Source: Paramoeba atlantica
Taxonomy: Eukaryota; Protista; Discosea
Length of the DNA stretch: 64,000 nucleotides
NCBI GenBank assembly: GCA_977017575.1
Contig: CDRNVI010000105.1
Location: forward strand, 36,946-100,945
Reading direction: 5' to 3'
Below, in pieces: positions 1-7,413 of this stretch. The position numbers and the translations under genes were made by a program. Below the pieces are notes generated by a model. That model worked only from the letters and a program-made list of their open reading frames with translations. It did not search any database and was not told where the DNA came from. How positions within the stretch are numbered: position 1 is the stretch's first letter; each line of letters opens with the position of its first letter.

Positions 1-417
1 GGAAAATAAGCGCCAACCCCGGCTACCCCTTCTGCGGGTTTTTTTCGAAAAAAAAATTTCAAAAAAAAAAATCGTGCGGTATGCCCCCCTGTGTTCCTCT
101 TTATATTTTCACTGTTTTTGTTCACTCTTTTTTCAATAATCGAGGGTAGAGTGGTAGTTATACAACCACCGCAATATAATAATTAAGATATCGCCCAAAG
201 CCCCACCATGAGCGGACAAAGAACCTGCCACTCAAATGCTTGAATTAGCGCTACCCGGCTTCACATGCGATAACTGAGTTTCGTTTTGCTCGAGAACTCA
301 CGAGATACACCTTGCCAGGGGACCCTCCAGTGTGAAGTGGGTTTCAAATCTTGAACTCATCTTTTTTGATATTTTCAAAAATATTTACTCAGTCCGCTAC
401 TTTTTTAAAATAACAAA

Positions 418-1179
418 TTGATGAATTTCGGGCTTCAAGTTTCCAGCCCTCCCTCATGCAAGGTATTTGTGGATGGGGTGCCAGATGTTGAAATCGAGGA
501 AAGCGATATTTTCAAACAGAAGTTATGCGTCACGCCAAAACATCTCCAACGATCCTCCGTAATCCTGTTTTCTTCTCTTTCTCAACCCATAGGAATTTCC
601 ACGTCGAGCGGGGACCAATTCGTGTTAGACCCGGAGGGTGGAGCCGTTAACTTTACTTGTGCGAGCATGTTGAGCATCACGTTTCACAATCTTTTAAAGA
701 AGGAAGCAGAAAGTGTATGTAGAGATGTTCTTGGTCTTTTTCAAGACAATTTTGTTAATCCTTCATCTGGGGCCCTTTCATACGACTACGTGAGGAACCA
801 GATTGATCAGAAATACCTTTTTAATGTTTTGAAGTTTCAGAGAATGGTTAAAAATGCAGGCAACCCATTTTACCAATACCTTGGGAAAGACCTTTGCAGG
901 TGGATAGTTTTGCATTCAAGTTCAAAAAAGCCCAATTTTGGATTTACACGAGGAAAAGAGTATAGTGATCTCTTAAAATTTTCTGTTAGCCAGATCATGG
1001 GGGAAGAAGTTGCGATGAGCGACCTTTATCAGCTGGTAAGGGGTGAGAAAACCTTTGATTTGCTCCTTTCTTCAAATTTTACTGTGTTGAAAAAGTTTCT
1101 TGTGAAATTTAATGCTGAGTTTCTTTGGTTTCAAGATGAGGCTTCAAAAAAGACATTAATTTCCACAAATCCCCTTTGA
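418..1179 (+). CDS. Orphan 253-aa protein, unit 1 (likely start ATG 421)
   Basis: Long ORF in AT-rich DNA with normal globular composition, preceded by an A-rich leader (aaaataacaaattgATG) and intact in all 16 copies. No domain recognised. May be spliced or extended (see findings). Confidence 0.7.
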   Translation: MMNFGLQVSSPPSCKVFVDGVPDVEIEESDIFKQKLCVTPKHLQRSSVILFSSLSQPIGISTSSGDQFVLDPEGGAVNFTCASMLSITFHNLLKKEAESVCRDVLGLFQDNFVNPSSGALSYDYVRNQIDQKYLFNVLKFQRMVKNAGNPFYQYLGKDLCRWIVLHSSSKKPNFGFTRGKEYSDLLKFSVSQIMGEEVAMSDLYQLVRGEKTFDLLLSSNFTVLKKFLVKFNAEFLWFQDEASKKTLISTNPL

Positions 1180-1416
1180 TTCTTAAAGTTTCCCTACTTT
1201 TGTAGACATTTCAAAAAGATGCGAAGGACCCTACTAGAGCACTTAATCATAAACAATTTTGTACATAACAAACCCCCAGAGCCACCATCATCAAAAATAA
1301 TTCTCAAGAATTTCTCCTCATTGATGCAAAACGTCTCTTTTAACGCCTTTTATTTTTGTTTTCGCATAGCCGCCCCCCTCTACCACCAATAAACGCATAA
1401 ACATTTATCAGCCCCA

Positions 1417-1593
1417 ATGCTACCAAGACCCTTCACAGACAGATTTGGAAGTTCCAAGGCCGACGTCCTCTACCAGTTTTCGCTTTTCCAAGGCGGCACC
1501 AACGTTATGTTACCAACACGCTGCTTCGACGACTTGTATGACAACGCGGCCCACCCAAGAGGCTTAAACCGGGTAAGGGGGCCGGCTCCCTGA
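1417..1593 (+). CDS. 58-aa ORF or exon paralogous to the 3' part of 1911..2315 (representative)
   Basis: MLPRPFTDRFGSSKADVLYQFSLFQGGTNVMLPTRCFDDLYDNAAHPRGLNRVRGPAP*. It lies in the same frame as the 253-aa ORF. A GTAAGG donor-like site lies at 1573. Confidence 0.35.
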   Translation: MLPRPFTDRFGSSKADVLYQFSLFQGGTNVMLPTRCFDDLYDNAAHPRGLNRVRGPAP

Positions 1594-1663
1594 TGGGAGG
1601 AGGGGAAGAAGAATCCAATCCAAAAAGAAGAAGAAGAGAAGAGAACCGGTTCCCTGATGGGAG
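1582..1663 (+). repeat. 18-bp direct repeat (1 mismatch) flanking a 46-bp purine-rich insert (representative)
   Basis: ccggctccctgatgggag (1582-1599) and ccggttccctgatgggag (1646-1663). The paralogous site near 2307-2320 has a single copy. Confidence 0.8.
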
Positions 1664-1680
1664 CGCCCCTGGCGGCCGTC

Positions 1681-1772
1681 AGAGTACTGGGCCTAGTCGA
1701 TTCTCAGCCCAGCCTCTTAGATCGAGGCCGCCGGGAATTATGCGATGAGCGGGTTCGAAACTTTGATCCCTG
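1681..1772 (+). ncRNA. tRNA-like (Ser-AGA-like) cloverleaf remnant, copy A (representative; in all 16 units)
   Basis: D-stem GGGC/GCCC (1689-1692/1707-1710), 5-bp stem GCCTC/GAGGC with 7-nt loop TTAGATC, 20-nt variable region, B-box GGTTCGAAAC. No convincing acceptor stem. Confidence 0.35.
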
Positions 1773-1910
1773 AAGGAAGAAGGAAGAAGGTTGCTCGACT
1801 AAATGATGCTTTCCAATGTAGGGAAGTTACTTCGACAAGTGCTTGTGTAGGCTCTAGTTGAATCTTTAGTGTCTCAACGAGGTTCTGCCAATCTTAAAGC
1901 AGAGATTTAA

Positions 1911-2315
1911 GCCGGGCCGAGGGGTCTGGCCTTTATTTGGGTAGCTTCTACAGAGGAAAGCGGTGTAATTGTAGTTGGAGACGGTGGGCCTTACAACCTG
2001 CAGGTTGGGGGTTATATCCCCGATATCGACAAAACTCGCAACCTGCCGGCCTCACTACAAAGGGATAGCGACCAGGAGTGCCTTCAAGTCCCACACCCAA
2101 CCCCAAATCAATCATTCCGGATTGCTCCGGATGGCCACTGGCAAGCCAGACCCTTCACAGAAAGATTTGGAAGTTCCGAGGCCGACGTCCTCTATCAGTT
2201 TCCGCTTTTCCAAGGCGGCACCAACGTGCTGTTACCAACACGCTGCGTCGACGAACTGTACGTCAACACGGCTTACCCAAGAGGTGTAAGCCGGGTAAGG
2301 GAGCTCGTTCCCTGA
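1911..2315 (+). CDS. Start-less 134-codon open frame (probable exon or gene fragment), missed by the ORF track; representative, same in all full units
   Basis: Translates as AGPRGLAFIWVASTEESGVIVVGDGGPYNLQVGGYIPDIDKT...RPFTERFGSSEADVLYQFPLFQGGTNVLLPTRCVDELYVNTAYPRGVSR. Paralogue and between-unit substitutions favour this frame. A GTAAGG donor-like site lies at 2295. Confidence 0.45.
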   Translation, partial: AGPRGLAFIWVASTEESGVIVVGDGGPYNLQVGGYIPDIDKTRNLPASLQRDSDQECLQVPHPTPNQSFRIAPDGHWQARPFTERFGSSEADVLYQFPLFQGGTNVLLPTRCVDELYVNTAYPRGVSRVRELVP

Positions 2316-2338
2316 GGGGAGGGTCCGGGACGGTCCTC

Positions 2339-2430
2339 CGAGTACTGGGCCTAGTCGGTTATTAGCCCAGCCTCTTAGAGGGAGGCCGCCAGGAATATTT
2401 CGATGAGCGGGTTTGAACTCGCCGTCTGAG
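2339..2430 (+). ncRNA. tRNA-like cloverleaf remnant, copy B (representative; in 15 units)
   Basis: A-box-like TGGGCCTAGTCGG, GGGC/GCCC, GCCTC-ttagagg-GAGGC, T-arm GCGGG-tttgaa-CTCGC. No convincing acceptor stem. Confidence 0.35.
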
Positions 2431-2765
2431 CACCATGTGCTTGAAACTTTGAATTCTTGCTGCTACGCCACCGCTCGGAAAAAGTCCGCTAGGAAGAAGG
2501 CCTCCCTCTGGAGGAACGACCCGGAACCGCAGAGCCGAACCAGGCTCCAGCGCAGCCGCCGAAAATTCATGCTGCTTACGCAAACGAGGCATGAGACACA
2601 GCCTACACGATGCAACGGGGTTGGACGCCCGTCCTGGTAGCTACGGTTGGGTACCCGTGCTCGGGCCGCAAGGCTTCGAGTGCCGTCTTGGAAGGGGGCA
2701 GCAAGACAATGAAGGTCGGTGGCTTGAGACTCTACCCTAACGGTGCAGAGCCCTCGGTGTCTTTT

Positions 2766-2828
2766 CTTCTTCTTCTTCTTCTTCTTCTTCTTCTTCTTCT
2801 TCTTCTTCTTCTTCTTCTTCTTCTTCTT

Positions 2829-2858
<30 letters not shown>
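2766..2858. repeat. (CTT)31 microsatellite, unit 1
   Basis: Directly visible. Confidence 0.99.
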
Positions 2859-2859
<1 letters not shown>

Positions 2860-2961
2860 TTCCCCAGAGTCCTGAAAGCTGGTTTGCAACTCTACTACCG
2901 CGTTTAACGAAAAGCCTAAATTGAAATATTATAGCCAAAAATAGCCGATTTTCGGGTAAAA

Positions 2962-3456
2962 ATGGGGTCATTTTTGTGTATTTGTTTTCATTCACGAGAT
3001 CCGATATTTGCTCGTGGGAAATCACTCGTAGGCATGAATGAAAGCCTGCCGAACGTATTGGGTAAAGAATGCGACCCCAACCCCAAGAATGGCGACCTAA
3101 TGTATGATGTGGACGCAAAGCTCAGGTTACTAAAATTCCATTCGTATAATATATATTTGTGCAAGGTAAAGGCGCACATTGGAAACAAATGGAATGAGGA
3201 GGCAGATGGTCTAGCACTTTTGGCATCACGAAAAGTGGCACGGGCTCCGACCCAAAAAAGGAGAAAAACAACTGCTAACTCGGAGGATAGTGAGAATTCA
3301 CAACCGTCATGGTCTTTGAAAGCCTTACTCAAAAGGAAGTCCCTTGGAAATAAGCAAGCACGAGACATTCCATCATCGAAGCGCGAAGCTGAGGCGGAAG
3401 GGGTATTTCGAGGGAAGGTTGCGAGAGCTGGAGGTAATAGGAAACCGTCTAAGTAG
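2962..3456 (+). pseudogene. C-terminal fragment of an RNase HI-type domain plus basic low-complexity tail, unit 1
   Basis: KNGDLM and KVKAHIGNKWNEEADGLA match the RNase HI motifs KNxDLW and WVKGHxGxxxNExADxLA. The His-to-Asp spacing of 10 matches E. coli H124/D134. In-frame stops lie just upstream and there is no DG(S/A) first catalytic motif, so the domain is N-truncated. Confidence 0.8.
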
Positions 3457-3663
3457 GGAGAGAATTGATGGAATTATTTCTTTGCCAACTTAGAATGCCT
3501 TGAGGATTATTCATAGGTTATCGGAAAAATATTGTTTGTTTGTACCGTATCAGACACATATAAACTCTGAACGTGGAAGCGATAGATGAAAGCTTTCAAG
3601 GTGTAAACATTAAGTTTTTCAACCGACTTTACGTCGGTCTTTTGGATTGGATATTGGATTGGA
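2962..3663 (+). mobile_element. Probable 3' end of a 5'-truncated RNase H-bearing non-LTR retrotransposon (representative; present in all 15 full units; 5' boundary approximate)
   Basis: RNase H fragment, stop at 3456, ~170-nt 3' UTR, hairpin ACCGAC-tttac-GTCGGT (3622-3638), then TTGGA TTGGA TA TTGGA TTGGA (3642-3663). The same end structure terminates the TSD-flanked 401-bp insert. No TSD was found for this copy. Confidence 0.6.
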
Positions 3664-3927
3664 CCCCAACCACACCATTCTTCCGACCCAAAAAGACCCC
3701 TTGAGGTCCGAAAAATACTTTTTCACCTATTTCAGTCGAAAATGGGTCATTTTGAGTGGCGCACCACGGCTCGAAGAAGAGATACCTTGAGAAACCAAAG
3801 GCCGAGAAAGCTAGTATAGGCCCCGAACTATCAAAATACAACAGGGGAAAGAATATTGAAAAAATATTTTCTTTGCCAGTTTTTTCGCCAAGTTGAATTT
3901 TTTTTCAAAAACATCCGAACTTGGCGG

Positions 3928-4017
3928 ACCCGTCCTGCGGATACGAGGGGGGGCCACCCCCGGGTAGGGGGCGGAAAATAAGCGCCAACCCCGGCTACCC
4001 ATTCTGCGGGTTTTTTT
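3928..4017 (+). other. GC-rich multi-hairpin block followed by T7 (possible structured RNA or terminator; representative)
   Basis: Stems ACCCGT/GCGGGT (3928-3933/4006-4011), G5/C5 (3947-3961), GGGTAG/CTACCC (3962-3967/3995-4000) and GGCG/CGCC, embedded between A/T tracts. Confidence 0.3.
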
Positions 4018-4389
4018 CGAAAAAAAAATTTCAAAAAAAAAAATCGTGCGGTATGCCCCCCTGTGTTCCTCTTTATATTTTCACTGTTTTTGTTCACTCT
4101 TTTTTCAATAATCGAGGGTAGAGTGGTAGTTATACAACCACCGCAATATAATAATTAAGATATCGCCCAAAGCCCCACCATGAGCGGACAAAGAACCTGC
4201 CACTCAAATGCTTGAATTAGCGCTACCCGGCTTCACATGCGATAACTGAGTTTCGTTTTGCTCGAGAACTCACGAGATACACCTTGCCAGGGGACCCTCC
4301 AGTGTGAAGTGGGTTTCAAATCTTAAACTCATCTTTTTTGATATTTTCAAAAATATTTACTCAGTCCGCTACTTTTTTAAAATAACAAA

Positions 4390-5151
4390 TTGATGAATTT
4401 CGGGCTTCAAGTTTCCAGCCCTCCCTCATGCAAGGTATTTGTGGATGGGGTGCCAGATGTTGAAATCGAGGAAAGCGATATTTTCAAAAAGAAGTTATGC
4501 GTCACGCCAAAACATCTCCAACGATCCTCCGTAATCCTGTTTTCTTCTCTTTCTCAACCCATAGGAATTTCCACGTCGAGCGGGGACCAATTCGTGTTAG
4601 ACCCGGAGGGTGGAGCCGTTAACTTTACTTGTGCGAGCATGTTGAGCATCACGTTTCACAATCTTTTAAAGAAGGAAGCAGAAAGTGTATGTAGAGATGT
4701 TCTTGGTCTTTTTCAAGACAATTTTGTTAATCCTTCATCTGGGGCCCTTTCATACGACTACGTGAGGAACCAGATTGATCAGAAATACCTTTTTAATGTT
4801 TTGAAGTTTCAGAGAATGGTTAAAAATGCAGGCAACCCATTTTACCAATACCTTGGGAAAGACCTTTGCAGGTGGATAGTTTTGCATTCAAGTTCAAAAA
4901 AGCCCAATTTTGGATTTACACGAGGAAAAGAGTATAGTGATCTCTTAAAATTTTCTGTTAGCCAGATCATGGGGGAAGAAGTTGCGATGAGCGACCTTTA
5001 TCAGCTGGTAAGGGGTGAGAAAACCTTTGATTTGCTCCTTTCTTCAAATTTTACTGTGTTGAAAAAGTTTCTTGTGAAATTTAATGCTGAGTTTCTTTGG
5101 TTTCAAGATGAGGCTTCAAAAAAGACATTAATTTCCACAAATCCCCTTTGA
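4390..5151 (+). CDS. Orphan 253-aa protein, unit 2 (Q34K)
   Basis: Copy of 418..1179. Confidence 0.7.
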   Translation: MMNFGLQVSSPPSCKVFVDGVPDVEIEESDIFKKKLCVTPKHLQRSSVILFSSLSQPIGISTSSGDQFVLDPEGGAVNFTCASMLSITFHNLLKKEAESVCRDVLGLFQDNFVNPSSGALSYDYVRNQIDQKYLFNVLKFQRMVKNAGNPFYQYLGKDLCRWIVLHSSSKKPNFGFTRGKEYSDLLKFSVSQIMGEEVAMSDLYQLVRGEKTFDLLLSSNFTVLKKFLVKFNAEFLWFQDEASKKTLISTNPL

Positions 5152-6737
5152 TTCTTAAAGTTTTCCTACTTTTGTAGACATTTCAAAAAGATGCGAAGGA
5201 CCCTACTAGAGCACTTAATCATAAACAATTTTGTACATAACAAACCCCCAGAGCCACCATCATCAAAAATAATTCTCAAGAATTTCTCCTCATTGATGCA
5301 AAACGTCTCTTTTAACGCCTTTTATTTTTGTTTTCGCATAGCCGCCCCCCTCTACCACCAATAAACGCATAAACATTTATCAGCCCCAATGCTACCAAGA
5401 CCCTTCACAGACAGATTTGGAAGTTCCAAGGCCGACGTCCTCTACCAGTTTTCGCTTTTCCAAGGCGGCACCAACGTTATGTTACCAACACGCTGCTTCG
5501 ACGACTTGTATGACAACGCGGCCCACCCAAGAGGCTTAAACCGGGTAAGGGGGCCGGCTCCCTGATGGGAGGAGGGGAAGAAGAATCCAATCCAAAAAGA
5601 AGAAGAAGAGAAGAGAACCGGTTCCCTGATGGGAGCGCCCCTGGCGGCCGTCAGAGTACTGGGCCTAGTCGATTCTCAGCCCAGCCTCTTAGATCGAGGC
5701 CGCCGGGAATTATGCGATGAGCGGGTTCGAAACTTTGATCCCTGAAGGAAGAAGGAAGAAGGTTGCTCGACTAAATGATGCTTTCCAATGTAGGGAAGTT
5801 ACTTCGACAAGTGCTTGTGTAGGCTCTAGTTGAATCTTTAGTGTCTCAACGAGGTTCTGCCAATCTTAAAGCAGAGATTTAAGCCGGGCCGAGGGGTCTG
5901 GCCTTTATTTGGGTAGCTTCTACAGAGGAAAGCGGTGTAATTGTAGTTGGAGACGGTGGGCCTTACAACCTGCAGGTTGGGGGTTATATCCCCGATATCG
6001 ACAAAACGCGCAACCTGCCGGCCTCACTACAAAGGGATAGCGACCAGGAGTGCCTTCAAGTCCCACACCCAACCCCAAATCAATCATTCCGGATTGCTCC
6101 GGATGGCCACTGGCAAGCCAGACCCTTCACAGAAAGATTTGGAAGTTCCGAGGCCGACGTCCTCTATCAGTTTCCGCTTTTCCAAGGCGGCACCAACGTG
6201 CTGTTACCAACACGCTGCGTCGACGAACTGTACGTCAACACGGCTTACCCAAGAGGTGTAAGCCGGGTAAGGGAGCTCGTTCCCTGAGGGGAGGGTCCGG
6301 GACGGTCCTCCGAGTACTGGGCCTAGTCGGTTATTAGCCCAGCCTCTTAGAGGGAGGCCGCCAGGAATATTTCGATGAGCGGGTTTGAACTCGCCGTCTG
6401 AGCACCATGTGCTTGAAACTTTGAATTCTTGCTGCTACGCAACCGCTCGGAAAAAGTCCGCTAGGAAGAAGGCCTCCCTCTGGAGGAACGACCCGGAACC
6501 GCAGAGCCGAACCAGGCTCCAGCGCAGCCGCCGAAAATTCATGCTGCTTACGCAAACGAGGCATGAGACACAGCCTACACGATGCAACGGGGTTGGACGC
6601 CCGTCCTGGTAGCTACGGTTGGGTACCCGTGCTCGGGCCGCAAGGCTTCGAGTGCCGTCTTGGAAGGGGGCAGCAAGACAATGAAGGTCGGTGGCTTGAG
6701 ACTCTACCCTAACGGTGCAGAGCCCTCGGTGTCTTTT

Positions 6738-6785
6738 CTTCTTCTTCTTCTTCTTCTTCTTCTTCTTCTTCTTCTTCTTCTTCTT

Positions 6786-6815
<30 letters not shown>
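6738..6815. repeat. (CTT)26, unit 2
   Basis: Directly visible. Confidence 0.99.
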
Positions 6816-6816
<1 letters not shown>

Positions 6817-6918
6817 TTCCCCAGAGTCCTGAAAGCTGGTTTGCAACTCTACTACCGCGTTTAACGAAAAGCCTAAATTGAAATATTATAGCCAAAAATA
6901 GCCGATTTTCGGGTAAAA

Positions 6919-7413
6919 ATGGGGTCATTTTTGTGTATTTGTTTTCATTCACGAAATCCGATATTTGCTCGTGGGAAATCACTCGTAGGCATGAATGAAA
7001 GCCTGCCGAACGTATTGGGTAAAGAATGCGACCCCAACCCCAAGAATGGCGACCTAATGTATGATGTGGACGCAAAGCTCAGGTTACTAAAATTCCATTC
7101 GTATAATATATATTTGTGCAAGGTAAAGGCGCACATTGGAAACAAATGGAATGAGGAGGCAGATGGTCTAGCACTTTTGGCATCACGAAAAGTGGCACGG
7201 GCTCCGACCCAAAAAAGGAGAAAAACAACTGCTAACTCGGAGGATAGTGAGAATTCACAACCGTCATGGTCTTTGAAAGCCTTACTCAAAAGGAAGTCCC
7301 TTGGAAATAAGCAAGCACGAGACATTCCATCATCGAAGCGCGAAGCTGAGGCGGAAGGGGTATTTCGAGGGAAGGTTGCGAGAGCTGGAGGTAATAGGAA
7401 ACCGTCTAAGTAG
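6919..7413 (+). pseudogene. RNase H C-terminal fragment, unit 2
   Basis: Copy of 2962..3456. Confidence 0.8.

Larger units (their letters stand above)
1426..2422 (+). repeat. Internal diverged direct duplication inside each unit (1426-~1761 versus 2148-~2422; representative unit 1)
   Basis: 17 differences over the first 147 nt (about 88% identity). The shared downstream block starts gagtactgggcctagtcg. Copy 1 has an extra 64 bp. Confidence 0.95.

Noticed and set aside
305-345. Resemblance to the U1 snRNA 5' end (atacaccttgccagggg...gaagtgggtttc)
   Set aside because: It lacks the essential ATACTTACC splice-site-pairing end, the U1-70K loop and the downstream stems.
1742-1761. Hammerhead-like GATGAG...CGAAAC
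   Set aside because: The core reads GCGAUGA rather than CUGANGA, stem II is at most one pair, and the paralogue has GAAC. It is better explained as a B box.
1773-1790. GAAGGAAGAAGGAAGAAGG as an interstitial telomere seed
   Set aside because: It has only about two copies of a 7-nt core, which is common in purine-rich DNA.
1975-2365. Listed 104-aa, 95-aa and 142-aa ORFs
   Set aside because: They are shadow frames of 1911..2315. Between-unit SNPs are non-synonymous in the 104-aa frame, and paralogue changes concentrate at codon position 2 in these frames.
2347-2400. Resemblance to 5S rRNA box C region (gggaggccgccaggaat)
   Set aside because: It is a short match only, with no 5S secondary structure or 5' half.
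2610-3118. Poly-Leu, poly-Arg and poly-Phe ORFs (93-141 aa) in each unit
   Set aside because: They are artefacts of the stop-free (CTT)n tract. Length varies with the tract, and the poly-Leu ORF is broken by TAG in units 13-14.
2988-3368. 126-aa minus-strand ORF
   Set aside because: It is the antisense shadow of the RNase H fragment and has no motif.
3555-3590. Resemblance to U6 (cacatata...tggaagcgata)
   Set aside because: There is no ACAGAGA box or internal stem-loop, so this is likely chance.
3629-4121. Short overlapping 63-90 aa ORFs on both strands
   Set aside because: They are driven by homopolymer runs and the GC block, and are altered or frameshifted by the ctacccctt SNP and 14-bp deletion.
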